A stretch of 47,898 nt of DNA from an uncultured Anaerolineaceae bacterium. GTDB taxonomy: Bacteria > Chloroflexota > Anaerolineae > Anaerolineales > E44-bin32. The translations under genes and the position numbers were made by a program. This document shows positions 8,460-17,700 of the stretch, one piece after another. The notes beneath the pieces are model-generated. The model saw only the letters and a list, made by a program, of their open reading frames with translations, made no database searches and was not told where the DNA came from. The DNA lies in contig CAYUWF010000004.1 in assembly GCA_964448245.1 (NCBI GenBank), positions 1 through 47,898 on the forward strand. Reading direction: 5' to 3'. How positions within the stretch are numbered: position 1 is the stretch's first letter; each line of letters opens with the position of its first letter.

Positions 8460-9623
8460 CTAATCCCCTCGGTGCCGACCCGATCGCCCCTTGCGCAGGG
8501 CGTCGGTGCCGTAGCGGCCGCGAATCGAGTCGATCGCCGCCAGGAGCTTTTCGTCGGCCTGCCACGTGCGGTCGAACAGGGACAGTTGGCGCAGCTTCGG
8601 TCCCAGCTGGGCGACGGCCACACCGATCAGACGCACCGGCTTGCCGGCCTTCCAGGACCGCTCCAGCAGGCCGACGGCCGCCCGGTAGATCTCGCCGTCC
8701 TGGTCGGTGGGCTGATCCAGGGCGGTCTGCCGGGTGATCGTGGTGAAGTTGGGCCAGCGCAGCTTCAACCGCACGGTGGTCCCGGCCAGGCCGGCCTCCC
8801 GCAGCCGCGCCCCCACCGAGTCGCTCAGCTCCTGCAGCGTCCGACGCAGCGCGGCGCCATCGGCGATGTCCTGGGTGAAAGTCGTCTCGCTCGACATCGA
8901 ACGCGCCTCGCGGCTCTCCTCGACCGGCCGGTCGTCCTCACCGCGCGCCCTTGCTGCAAGTTCGATGCCAGACGAGCCGAATTGGGCCTCCAGCCAAGCG
9001 GCATCCTTGCCGGCCAGATCCCCGACCGTCCGGATGTCGAAGCCCTCCAACCGCTCACGCGCCTTGGGCCCGATCCCCCACAACATTTGAACCGGCAACG
9101 GGGCCAGGAAGCGCGGCTCGTCGCCGGATGGGACAACGATCAGGCCTCCCGGCTTGCCGACCTCGGTGGCGACCTTGGCCACGAGCTTGTTGGCCGCTAC
9201 CCCCCACGACGTCGGCAGGGAGAAACGATCGCGGATCGCCTGGCGCAGGCTCTCGGCGACCTCTTCGCCGCCCCGTGGATCGTCGCTGACATCGAGGAAG
9301 GCCTCGTCGATCGAGATCGGCTCGACCACGGGCGCCGAATCCCGCAGCAGCGCCATGACCCGCTCCGACGTGCGCCCGTACAGCGCGTGGCGCGGCCGGA
9401 CGACGCGCAGTTCCGGGCACAGCCGCAAAGCGCGGCTGGTCGGCATGGCTGACCGGACCCCAAACGACCTGGCAGCATAAGAGGCGGAAGCCACGACACC
9501 GCGCCCACGGGGGTCCCCAGCGACGACGAACGGCTTGCCGCGCAGGTCCGAATCGGAGAGCTCCTCGACGGAGCAGAAGAAGGCGTCCAGGTCGACATGC
9601 AGGATGGTGCGGGGTTTCTTCAT
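8460..9623 (-). CDS. dinB: DNA polymerase IV (Y-family translesion polymerase)
   Basis: MKKPRTILHVDLDAFFCSVEE.. N-terminus, ..ISIDEAFLDV.., and Y-family palm, fingers and little-finger organisation. Confidence 0.95.
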   Translation of the reverse strand: MKKPRTILHVDLDAFFCSVEELSDSDLRGKPFVVAGDPRGRGVVASASYAARSFGVRSAMPTSRALRLCPELRVVRPRHALYGRTSERVMALLRDSAPVVEPISIDEAFLDVSDDPRGGEEVAESLRQAIRDRFSLPTSWGVAANKLVAKVATEVGKPGGLIVVPSGDEPRFLAPLPVQMLWGIGPKARERLEGFDIRTVGDLAGKDAAWLEAQFGSSGIELAARARGEDDRPVEESREARSMSSETTFTQDIADGAALRRTLQELSDSVGARLREAGLAGTTVRLKLRWPNFTTITRQTALDQPTDQDGEIYRAAVGLLERSWKAGKPVRLIGVAVAQLGPKLRQLSLFDRTWQADEKLLAAIDSIRGRYGTDALRKGRSGRHRGD

Positions 9624-9711
9624 GGGAGCGCCCGAGAATGATACCTAGAATCAGGATGAAGGAGCCGCTGGCTGAGTCGATCGGTGGCGGCGGTTCGACC
9701 GCCGCGCACGG

Positions 9712-9739
9712 TTGACATGCCTCGGGGCGACGTTACAAT
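9712..9739 (+). promoter_or_regulatory. Near-consensus sigma70 promoter
   Basis: -35 TTGACA (9712-9717), 16-nt spacer, -10 TACAAT (9734-9739). Followed by AGGAGGAGG (9751-9759) and GTG 9766. Confidence 0.7.
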
Positions 9740-9765
9740 CGGTCCGCCGTCAGGAGGAGGTCGAA

Positions 9766-10062
9766 GTGCGCAACTGTACTGTTTGCCGGGCTCAATCCCC
9801 GGATACGGCGGATACTTGCGTCAACTGCGGGGCCGACCTGGCCGTTCACTCAGCCACCGCTGTCGCCTTGCGGCAGATGCAGGGCAGCGAGCGTGTCAGC
9901 CGGGTCCGCTTGATCGTCGCCGACGACGCCTGCCCGGCTTGCCGGGCGGCCGAGGGCGAGTTCACCAAGGATCGAGTTCCCGAGCTCCCGGTGCGCGGCT
10001 GCTCGCACGCGCGCGGCTGCCGCTGCTTCTATCAGCCGGCGCTGGTCGAGATCTATCCGTAG
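9766..10062 (+). CDS. Small cysteine-rich zinc-ribbon protein (hypothetical)
   Basis: N-terminal CxxC..CxxC (CTVCRAQ..CVNCGA) and C-terminal CPAC..GCSH..GCRC clusters. The GTG 9766 start is preferred because the ORF-track ATG at 9712 lies inside the -35 box. Confidence 0.6.
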   Translation: MRNCTVCRAQSPDTADTCVNCGADLAVHSATAVALRQMQGSERVSRVRLIVADDACPACRAAEGEFTKDRVPELPVRGCSHARGCRCFYQPALVEIYP

Positions 10063-10110
10063 CCGCAGGCTGCAGCCTGGCAAGCCCGGGCTAGGGTCGT
10101 CTCTCATCGA

Positions 10111-10139
10111 GGCTCCGGAAGTAGGGGCGTGTCTGAGAC
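10111..10139. terminator. Palindromic GTAGGGGCG...CGCCCCTAC hairpin between convergent genes (likely bidirectional terminator or REP-like unit)
   Basis: 9-bp stem GTAGGGGCG (10111-10119) / CGCCCCTAC (10131-10139). Closely related to the hairpin at 27416-27444. Confidence 0.55.
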
Positions 10140-10145
10140 CCGCCC

Positions 10146-11630
10146 CTACCGATTCTCGGTGCTGCGAACAAACTTCTGGGCCTCGTCCTTCGTCATCACT
10201 TCCCCGGCAGCCTGTGCCTCTTGGAGCGCCTCGACGACCCTCCCGACCTCCGGTCCCGGCCGTAGGCTGAGGGACTGCATGATCTCGTCGCCGGTGAGAA
10301 GAGGCCTCGGCGAGACGCGTTCCTGGCGTTCCTCAAACCAGGCCCGCAGCAGCGTTTGCGCCAAGTCGAGGCGGCGGTCCCAGGCCTGCGGCGGCGCCGG
10401 CAGCACGTACCTGCCCAGCAAGTCCGCCAGCGAGAGCAGGACGACGGAGGGGCCCGTGGATTCGACGGCGCGGAAGAAGCGATAGACGGCCCGTCGGCTG
10501 ATCTCCCGTTCGCTTTCGAGCCACTCCGGCCGCATATGATGGAGAACGGTCATCTCGACTTCGGCCTGCTCCACCGTGCTCAGGCGCAGCCGCCGGCTTG
10601 CCTCGACGGCGATCCGGCTGCCGACCGTCTCATGTCCGAAGAACCGGATGTGCCCCTCCGTGTCGACGGCCCGGCTTCGCGCTTTCCCGCTGTCGTGGAG
10701 CAGCGCCGTCCACAGCAGCAGCGCCCGGCGCGCCCGGCCGTAGCTGGGAGAGAAGTCCAAATACTCGGCCAGGACCGGCTGAAATACGCCGAGCTTCACC
10801 AGCGCCGAGGCTTCGGTCAGGTCCCCGGCCTCGAGTTTGCCCGAACGTCCCGCAAGCAGGGCCGCAAGAGTCGCCAGATGCTCGACGGTCGCCAGAGCGT
10901 GGTCGAAGGCGTCGAAGGCGTGCGGCGCGGGCTGCGCCAGGCCGCGCAGCGGCGCGACCTCCGGCACGACCGCGTCGATCAGCCCGAGGTGGTCGAGCAG
11001 GCGGAGCCCGGTCGCCGGAGTCTTCCCATCGAGCAAGCGAAACAGCTCGTCGCGCAGCCTCTCCGGTGAGACCCGCTCCAGCATGGGGCTGGCCTGGCGA
11101 ATCTGCGCGACCGCCTCGGCCTCCAGCTGGAAACCCAGGCCGACCGCCAATCGGGCGGCGCGCACGGCCCGGATCGGGTCGTCGGCGATCGACCCGATCG
11201 AACACGTCCGCAGGCGGCGGTCGCGCACGTCCTGCGCTCCGCCCAGCGGATCGACGAGGACGCCCGCGCCCGCCGGGCCGAGCGGGATGGCCATGGCATT
11301 GACGGTGAAATCCCGCAGGGCGAGGTCTTGCCGGATATCGCCTGCGCGCAGACCGGCGAAGTCGAAGGTCGCTCGCCGGCCTTCGGCGATCGTGAGCAGC
11401 AGCCGGCCGGTGTTGCGCGACGAGTCGAGGTCGTAGTAATCCGCCCCGAGCGCATTGGCCAGCCGCCGTCCCAGGGCCAGGCCGTCGCCTTGCACGGCGA
11501 AATCGAAATCGGTCGTGGGCCGCCCGAGCAGCAGGTCGCGCACGCCCCCGCCCACGAGCCACACGGGTTCGGGGCCGAGAGCCGGCAGCAGCCGTTGCAC
11601 GGCGGGAGGGAGGCCGGGGACCGGGGTCAT
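10146..11630 (-). CDS. cca: CCA-adding tRNA nucleotidyltransferase with HD domain
   Basis: ..VWLVGGGVRDLLLGRPTTDFDFAV.. polymerase-beta nucleotidyltransferase motif, ..RAVRAARL.., HD region ..LLHDSGK... Start taken at ATG 11630, because the upstream 94 codons of the ORF-track model overlap hpt. Confidence 0.9.
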   Translation of the reverse strand: MTPVPGLPPAVQRLLPALGPEPVWLVGGGVRDLLLGRPTTDFDFAVQGDGLALGRRLANALGADYYDLDSSRNTGRLLLTIAEGRRATFDFAGLRAGDIRQDLALRDFTVNAMAIPLGPAGAGVLVDPLGGAQDVRDRRLRTCSIGSIADDPIRAVRAARLAVGLGFQLEAEAVAQIRQASPMLERVSPERLRDELFRLLDGKTPATGLRLLDHLGLIDAVVPEVAPLRGLAQPAPHAFDAFDHALATVEHLATLAALLAGRSGKLEAGDLTEASALVKLGVFQPVLAEYLDFSPSYGRARRALLLWTALLHDSGKARSRAVDTEGHIRFFGHETVGSRIAVEASRRLRLSTVEQAEVEMTVLHHMRPEWLESEREISRRAVYRFFRAVESTGPSVVLLSLADLLGRYVLPAPPQAWDRRLDLAQTLLRAWFEERQERVSPRPLLTGDEIMQSLSLRPGPEVGRVVEALQEAQAAGEVMTKDEAQKFVRSTENR

Positions 11631-11643
11631 AACGCGCGGGGGA

Positions 11644-12201
11644 TCAGCCGTGCTGCAGGATTCTGTCGGGGAGGGCCACGCCCACGAAGGGCAGGTTGCG
11701 GTAGTACTCATCCAGATCGAGGCCGTAGCCGAAGACGAAGCGGTCGGGGATGGTGAAACCGCGATAGTGGATCGGCACGACGGCCTCCCGGCGCTCGGCC
11801 TTGTCGAGCAGCGCACACACCCGGAGAGTCTTCGGCTTGCGCGTGGAGAGGAGCTCGAGGACGGAGGCGATCGTCCGGCCGCTGTCGATGATGTCCTCCA
11901 CCAACAACACATCCCGTCCCTCGATGGCCGTCGTCAGGTCGAGCGTGATGCGCACCTGTCCGGTTGTATCACGCGCCCCGGCGCCGTAGGAGGCGACCGC
12001 CATGAAATCCACCGTGTGGGGCACGGTCAGGGCGCGCATCAGGTCGACCAGGAACATGACCCCGCCGCGCAGGATGCAGATCAGATGGGGGTCTTGGCCC
12101 TGGTAGTCCCGGCTGATTTCCTCGCCCAGCTCGGCGACGCGCCGGCGCAGTTCGTCTTCACGGATGAGGATCTCGGCCAGAAAATCATGGTAGTCCTGCA
12201 T
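11644..12201 (-). CDS. hpt: Hypoxanthine phosphoribosyltransferase
   Basis: PRPP-binding motif VLLVEDIIDSGRT, ..ILRGG.., ..FVFGYGLDLDEYYRNLP... Confidence 0.95.
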   Translation of the reverse strand: MQDYHDFLAEILIREDELRRRVAELGEEISRDYQGQDPHLICILRGGVMFLVDLMRALTVPHTVDFMAVASYGAGARDTTGQVRITLDLTTAIEGRDVLLVEDIIDSGRTIASVLELLSTRKPKTLRVCALLDKAERREAVVPIHYRGFTIPDRFVFGYGLDLDEYYRNLPFVGVALPDRILQHG

Positions 12202-12204
12202 GGC

Positions 12205-12777
12205 TCAATCCTTGGGGACCCTGTGGTGCCGCCGGCAGCGCGCCTCGTACAGCTCGCTAGCGCCCACGACGACCACCGGGTCGTCGTAGTTCGCCGGGCG
12301 GCCGTTGATCAGGCGCTGGGTGCGGGAGGCTGGCTCGCCGCAGACCATGCAGATGGCGTGCAGCTTGTCGACCTGTTCCGCCTGGGCCATCAGGCGCGGC
12401 ATCGGCCCGAACGGCTCGCCGCGGAAATCGGTGTCCAACCCGGCGACGAGGACGCGCCGGCCGCTGTGGGCGAGATCCTGGACGACAGCGATCAGATCGT
12501 CGTCGAAGAACTGGGCCTCGTCGATTGCCACCACGGTCACCGGAGGCCGCACCAGGGCCCCGATCATCGCCGCCCGCTCCACCGGCGTAGCCTCGAATTC
12601 CGACCCGGCGTGCGACGTGACCTTTCCGGCGGCGTAGCGGATGTCCAGGCCCGGCTTGAAGACCTGGACCTCCTGGCGGGCGATGCGCGCCCGCCGCAGG
12701 CGGCGAATCAACTCATCGGTTTTGCCGCTGAACATCGAGCCGGTGATGATCTCGACGCCGGGCGCGGAGTGACTCAT
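12205..12777 (-). CDS. tdk: Thymidine kinase
   Basis: P-loop [14 protein letters not shown], ..[10 protein letters not shown].., C-terminal zinc ribbon ..CMVCG..CRRHH... Confidence 0.95.
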   Translation of the reverse strand: MSHSAPGVEIITGSMFSGKTDELIRRLRRARIARQEVQVFKPGLDIRYAAGKVTSHAGSEFEATPVERAAMIGALVRPPVTVVAIDEAQFFDDDLIAVVQDLAHSGRRVLVAGLDTDFRGEPFGPMPRLMAQAEQVDKLHAICMVCGEPASRTQRLINGRPANYDDPVVVVGASELYEARCRRHHRVPKD

Positions 12778-12801
12778 ACGCGCTCCTCACACCTGGATTC
12801 G

Positions 12802-12836
12802 AAACAAAACGGGGCAGGTGCCGTCGCACCTGCCCC
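12802..12836 (-). terminator. Rho-independent terminator after rpmE
   Basis: Minus strand: 11-bp stem GGGGCAGGTGC / GCACCTGCCCC (12811-12821 / 12826-12836), 4-nt loop, then GTTTTGTTT. Confidence 0.8.
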
Positions 12837-12924
12837 AGTGTACACCAAGCGCCCTTACCTTCGGGTTCCCTTCTCCCGACCTCAAGGGTCGGGGTAGGGT
12901 TAGGGGGGTGAGGCGGAGGCGAGC

Positions 12925-13407
12925 TCAGCCCGCGGCCTCGATGGCCGGCTCCGCCGGCCCGGGAAGCTCGAATCCCCGCTGTCGCAGACGCCGCTTGAGA
13001 TCGATAAGGCTCTTCTGACCGAACCCCTCGACTGAGAGGAGAGCGCTGTCGCCCACCGCCAGCCGCTCGAGGGCCTGCCCGACTTGGGTGATCCCGGCCC
13101 GGGCCAGCGCGTCTTCGGCGCGCTTGCCCAGCTCCAGCTCGGCGATCGCCAACTCGGGCAAGGTCCGGGAGGTCTCGCGCGCCTCCTGGTCCGTCAGGTA
13201 CTCCTGGCGCGCCTGGAGCTTCTTGTAGAAGCGGTCGACCTGCCCTTCCGTGTCGACGATGCGCTGCTCGCCGGTGTAGAAGGGATGGCAGTTCGAACAG
13301 ACGTCGGTGTGGATCACCTCGACCGTCGATCCGGTGTGCCACGTGTTGCCGCACGCACAGGTGACGGTGGCATTCGGAAAGTACTTGGGATGGATCCCGA
13401 CTTTCAT
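12925..13407 (-). CDS. rpmE: 50S ribosomal protein L31 with a ~90-aa C-terminal extension resembling the RpoA C-terminal (HhH) domain
   Basis: [43 protein letters not shown] is canonical L31. The ORF runs on without a stop to 160 aa. Confidence 0.85.
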   Translation of the reverse strand: MKVGIHPKYFPNATVTCACGNTWHTGSTVEVIHTDVCSNCHPFYTGEQRIVDTEGQVDRFYKKLQARQEYLTDQEARETSRTLPELAIAELELGKRAEDALARAGITQVGQALERLAVGDSALLSVEGFGQKSLIDLKRRLRQRGFELPGPAEPAIEAAG

Positions 13408-13541
13408 CGAACCGACCTCCCCGAGGGGTTCGCCACGGACCGCAGACCGCTGATCCCCTCCGGGATGCGCCCTTGGCGGCCTGTAGAGGCCGGGGCGCGA
13501 TCCCGGGGACCGGACTCAGTCGGCGCGCCGGCCGCGGCGCC

Positions 13542-13799
13542 CTACGCCTTCGGCAGAACGCTGACGCGGCGGCGTCCGCCGCGGCCGAAATCATAGACGA
13601 CCACACCGTCGGCCGTGGCGAAAAGCGTATCGTCGCTTCCGCGATCGACGTTGCGCCCCGGATGGATGCGCGTGCCGCGCTGACGCACCAGGATGCTGCC
13701 GGAGCGCACCTGCTCGCCGCCGAAGCGCTTGACACCCAGCCGCTGGGAGTGGCTATCCCGTCCATTGCGGCTCGAGCCGCCGCCTTTCTTATGGGCCAT
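13542..13799 (-). CDS. rpmA: 50S ribosomal protein L27
   Basis: [39 protein letters not shown]... Confidence 0.95.
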   Translation of the reverse strand: MAHKKGGGSSRNGRDSHSQRLGVKRFGGEQVRSGSILVRQRGTRIHPGRNVDRGSDDTLFATADGVVVYDFGRGGRRRVSVLPKA

Positions 13800-13805
13800 G
13801 GCCGA

Positions 13806-14312
13806 TCAGCCTTTCTTCTTGCTCGGCGTGCGCGCAGCGGGCTTGCCTGGCGCCGGTTTGGCGGGGGCCGGTTTGGCGGGGGCCGGTTTGGCGGCCGCCG
13901 GCCGAAGGGGAGCCGGCTTCGACTTGCGGGGCGTGCCGGCCGTCTTCTTGCCCGCCGGTTGCTTGGCCGGCTCTTCGATCTTCACCCGCCCGAGGCCGGG
14001 GGCCTCGATCTGATCGATCCGCACCCGCGTGTACGTCTGCCGGTGACCGAGCTTGCGCCGCCGCCGTTTCTTCGGCTGGTAGCGGAAGACGACGATCTTT
14101 TCCCCGCGCACTTCGCCTTGAATCGTTCCCAGGACGCGGGCGCCCGCGACCGACGGCGCTCCCACCAGCACCTGCCCGCCGTCCGCGGCCAATAACACTT
14201 CGGAGAATTCGAAGGTCTGACCTTTGTCCCCGTCCAGACGATCGACTTCGAGGTGTTCCCCTTCCCGGGCGATGTATTGCTTGCCGCCCGAGGTGACAAT
14301 GGCGTAGCGCAT
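13806..14312 (-). CDS. rplU: 50S ribosomal protein L21 with a Lys/Ala/Pro-rich C-terminal tail
   Basis: MRYAIVTSGGKQYIAREGE..FRYQPKKRRRRKLGHRQ.. is canonical L21. Start at ATG 14312, because the upstream 137 codons of the ORF-track model are repeat and promoter sequence. Confidence 0.9.
   Translation of the reverse strand: MRYAIVTSGGKQYIAREGEHLEVDRLDGDKGQTFEFSEVLLAADGGQVLVGAPSVAGARVLGTIQGEVRGEKIVVFRYQPKKRRRRKLGHRQTYTRVRIDQIEAPGLGRVKIEEPAKQPAGKKTAGTPRKSKPAPLRPAAAKPAPAKPAPAKPAPGKPAARTPSKKKG
13853..13897. repeat. 15-bp tandem repeat x3 inside rplU (encodes PAKPA repeats)
   Basis: CCGGTTTGGCGGGGG CCGGTTTGGCGGGGG CCGGTTTGGCGGCCG, with a degenerate fourth unit just upstream. Confidence 0.9.
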
Positions 14313-14427
14313 GACTATCGTTCCTCCCGCTTCGCTTCGCCTGCAATCCCGCGCGATTCCGCCGGAAGCAGGGGAAGGGGGTCGACATCGATCTGTCCCC
14401 CAGGATCTGGGGGACGGGCGAAAGGTA

Positions 14428-14456
14428 ATTGTAACGGCCGGCTTCCCGGTTGTCAA
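14428..14456 (-). promoter_or_regulatory. Consensus-like sigma70 promoter of the rplU-rpmA-rpmE operon
   Basis: Minus strand: -35 TTGACA (14451-14456), 17-nt spacer, -10 TACAAT (14428-14433). About 110-nt leader to ATG 14312. Confidence 0.7.
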
Positions 14457-14489
14457 TCCGCCGGCTCCAGCCGTGCACGAACTTGTCTT

Positions 14490-14728
14490 CCTACCCCTCC
14501 CTTCCCTTCGCCGAGCACCCCGTGGCCCTTTCGGCAAGCTCAGACCGTCCCGGTGTCCTACCGGGAGGGCAGGCTCCGCCGGGTGCCCCCAGCTTAGGCT
14601 GGGCTTGGGAAGACTGGTGGAAGCGCCCGGGGAGGGGAGGCTCTCATCATCTTCCCCCTCCCCGCCTAAGGCACCCAGCGCAACCGCCTCATCTCGCGGG
14701 GGTGGCGGGGAGAGGGGCCACAACCAGA
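14490..14728. repeat. Decayed relative of the structured repeat family
   Basis: Shares the ACCGTCCCGGTGTCCTACCGGGA hairpin module (14548-14566) and GGGGTGGCGGGGAGAGGGG-type G-tracts with copies at 19269 and 29241. The termini are not preserved. Confidence 0.35.
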
Positions 14729-14770
14729 CCTCGGCCTCGGGGCCGATCGATCGGGCTGGCCTACGGAAAA

Positions 14771-17700
14771 CTACTCGGCGACGACGGCCGTCGACTCCTC
14801 GACCACTACACCGGGGGCCGGCCTCACCACCAAACGCTCATCGTGCAGCATCACCTGCTCGCCGGGAAAGGCGGTTCCGGCCGGGATCAGCTTGCCGATG
14901 ATCACGTTCTCCTTGAGGCCGCGCAGATAGTCGACCTTGCCCTCGATCGCCGCGCCGGCCAGCACCTTGATCGTGTGCTGGAAGGACGAGGCCGAGAGAA
15001 ACGACTCGGTGCTGAGCGAGGCCTTGGTCACCCCGAGCAGGACCGGCACGGCCCGCGCCGGCTGCTTTCCCTCGCCCAACAGGCGCTCGTTAATCGCCTT
15101 GAGGAACAGCCGCTCGACCAGGTCGCCCGGCAGCATGTCGGTGTCGCCGGGGTGGGTGATCTGCACCTTGGAGAGCATCTTGCGGATGATGACCTCGAAG
15201 TGCTTGTCGTTGATGTTCTGCCCCTGTGAGCGGTAGACTTTCTGGACTTCGGTCAGCAGGTAGAGCTCGCAGGCTTCGCCGCCGCTGATGCGCAGGATGC
15301 GATGCGGGTTGAGCGAGCCCTCGGTGATCTGCTGGCCGGCAACGACCTTCTCGCCGTCCTTGACCAGGATGCGACTGCTCGGCGCCACATCATAGACGGC
15401 CTCGTCGATCTGATCGTAGGCGACGGTGACCTTGCGGTCCTCGAGGCGCACGCGCCCGGCGTGGGTGGCGGAGATCTGGGCTTCGCCGCGCGTGGCGATG
15501 ACATCGCCGGCTTTGACCTCGCCGCCGTCCTCGACCCGCAGCGACCAGTTGCCCGGAACGTTGTACTCGTCCTGGATCAGCTCGCTGTTCATCACCTGTA
15601 CCACGCGCTGACCTTCGGCGTGAACCCCGTGAATGATCTTAATCGTCCCGGCGATCTCGGCCGTGATGGCTTCGCCCTTGGGCTTCTTGCGCGCCTCGAA
15701 CAGCTCCTCGACCCGCGGCAGGCCGGTGGTGATATCCCCGCCGGCGGCGACGCCGCCGGTGTGGAAGGTACGCAGGGTGAGCTGGGTCCCCGGCTCGCCG
15801 ATCGACTGAGCGGCGACGATGCCGACGGTCGCCCCCTGCTCGACCATCTCGCCGCGGCCCAGGTCCATCCCGTAGCACGCGACGCACATGCCGAAGGACA
15901 GTTCACACGTCAACGGCGAGCGCACTAAGATCGCTTCCAGGCCCGCCGCCGCCAACCCTCCGGCGACCTCGACGGTGATGTTCTCGCCGCGATCGAGCAT
16001 GATTTCGCCCGTTTGGGGATGGACGACGCGCTCCGCCAAGATGCGCCCCACCATCCGGGCACTGAATTCCTGACCGGCGACGTCGTCCGAACGGCGGATC
16101 CAGATCCCCTGATCGGTCCCGCAGTCGGGCGAACTGATGATCAGGTCCTGGGCCACATCGACCAGGCGCCGCGTCAGGTAGCCGGCGTCGGCCGTGCGCA
16201 GCGCCGTGTCAGTCAGACCCTTGCGGGCGCCGTGGGTCGAGATGAAATACTCCAGCGTGCTCAGCCCGTCACGGAAGTTGGAGCGGATCGGCAGCGGGAT
16301 GATGCGCCCGGACGGGTCCGCCATCAGGCCGCGCATCCCGGCCAACTGCGAGATCGGGCCGAAACCGCCCTTGGTCGCCCCGGAGAGGGCCATCGTGCTC
16401 AGGCTGCCGGCCGGATCCATCCCGCGCCGGACGGCCAAAGCGACCTCGGCCGTCGTCTTCTGCCACAGGTCGATGACGCGCTCGGTCTGCTCTTGTTCGG
16501 TGAGCAAGCCGCGCTGGTAATCCCGTCGCACGATCTCGGCTTCTGCCAGCGTGCGGGCGATGATGGCTTCCTTCTCGGGCGGCACGGCGATGTCGGAGAC
16601 GGCGATCGTCGTCCCGGAGCGCGTGGCGTAGGCGAAACCGATGTCCTTGATGGCGTCGACGACCGCCGGGGTGCCCTCTTCCCGCAGCTGGTTATAGACC
16701 TCGCCCACCAGGTCCTGCATCCCCGCCTTGTCCAGCACCCGGTTGACGAAATGCATCTCCGGCGGCAGGACGCGGTTGAACAGCGCCCGCCCGACGGTGG
16801 TCTCGACGACCTGGATTTCCGGTTGCGACATGCGCCGCCCCTCAGCGTCGTACCAAGTTTCAATCTGCAGCTTGATCGGGGTGTGAACCTCGACCTGGCT
16901 CAGCGCATAGGCCATCTCGACGTCGTCCAAATCAGAGAAAGCGCGTCCCTGCCCGCGGTGCGGACGCCCCGCGCCGGCCATTGTCAGATAGTAGACCCCC
17001 AGGACCATGTCCTTCGACGGGCCGACCACCGGCTCGCCGTCGGCCGGCTTCAGCAGGTTCTTGGCCGAAAGCATCAACCGGCGCGCTTCCTCCACCGCCT
17101 TATCCGACAGCGGCAGGTGGACCGACATCTGGTCGCCGTCGAAGTCGGCGTTGAAAGCAAAACACACCAGCGGGTGAAGGTGGATCGCCTTGCCTTCCAC
17201 CAGGACCGGCTCGAAAGCCTGGATCCCCAGGCGGTGCAGAGTCGGGGCCCGGTTCAGCAGCACCGGCCGGTCGCGGATGACTTCCTCCAGGACCTCCCAC
17301 ACCTCCGGCCGCTCGCGCTCGATGATGCGCTTGGCGCCCTTGACGTTGGCGGCGTAGTTGTAGGAGACGAGCTTGGAGATGACGAATGGCCGATAGAGCT
17401 CGAGCGCCATGGTCTTCGGCAGGCCGCACTGGTAGAGCTTAAGGTGCGGTCCGATGACGATCACCGAACGGCCGGAATAGTCGACACGCTTGCCGAGCAG
17501 GTTGCGCCGGAAGCGGCCTTTCTTCCCCTTGAGCATGTCGCTCAGCGACTTGAGCTCGCGCCGCCCGCGCCGCGAGAGGGCCTTGCCGCGCTGGGCGTTG
17601 TCGATCAGCGAATCGACGGCCTCCTGCAGCATGCGCTTCTCATTGCGCACGATGACGTCCGGCGCGCCGAGCTCCACCAGCCGCTTGAGCCGGTTGTTAC

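Noticed and set aside
7275-9452. 725-aa ORF on the plus strand
   Set aside because: It runs antisense across two genes with clear homology (the GH-like gene and dinB). It is extremely R/A/G/L/D/P-rich with no recognisable motifs. This is a typical GC-driven antisense ORF.
9687-9705. tRNA T-arm-like hairpin GCGGCGG TTCGA CCGCCGC
   Set aside because: No acceptor, D or anticodon arms can be built from the flanking sequence. It is probably just a small hairpin upstream of the promoter.
9624-9711. SOS/LexA operator upstream of dinB
   Set aside because: No convincing palindrome of the known LexA-box types was seen. The absence cannot be proven without knowing the lineage-specific motif.
11631-11912. 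N-terminal 94 codons of the 588-aa cca ORF-track model
   Set aside because: They overlap hpt on the same strand in another frame and are Ser/Arg/Cys-rich nonsense. The ATG at 11630 gives a normal CCA-enzyme N-terminus.
13853-13897. Tandem repeats as a possible CRISPR or minisatellite array
   Set aside because: The units are contiguous 15-mers without spacers, lie in frame inside rplU, and encode PAKPA repeats.
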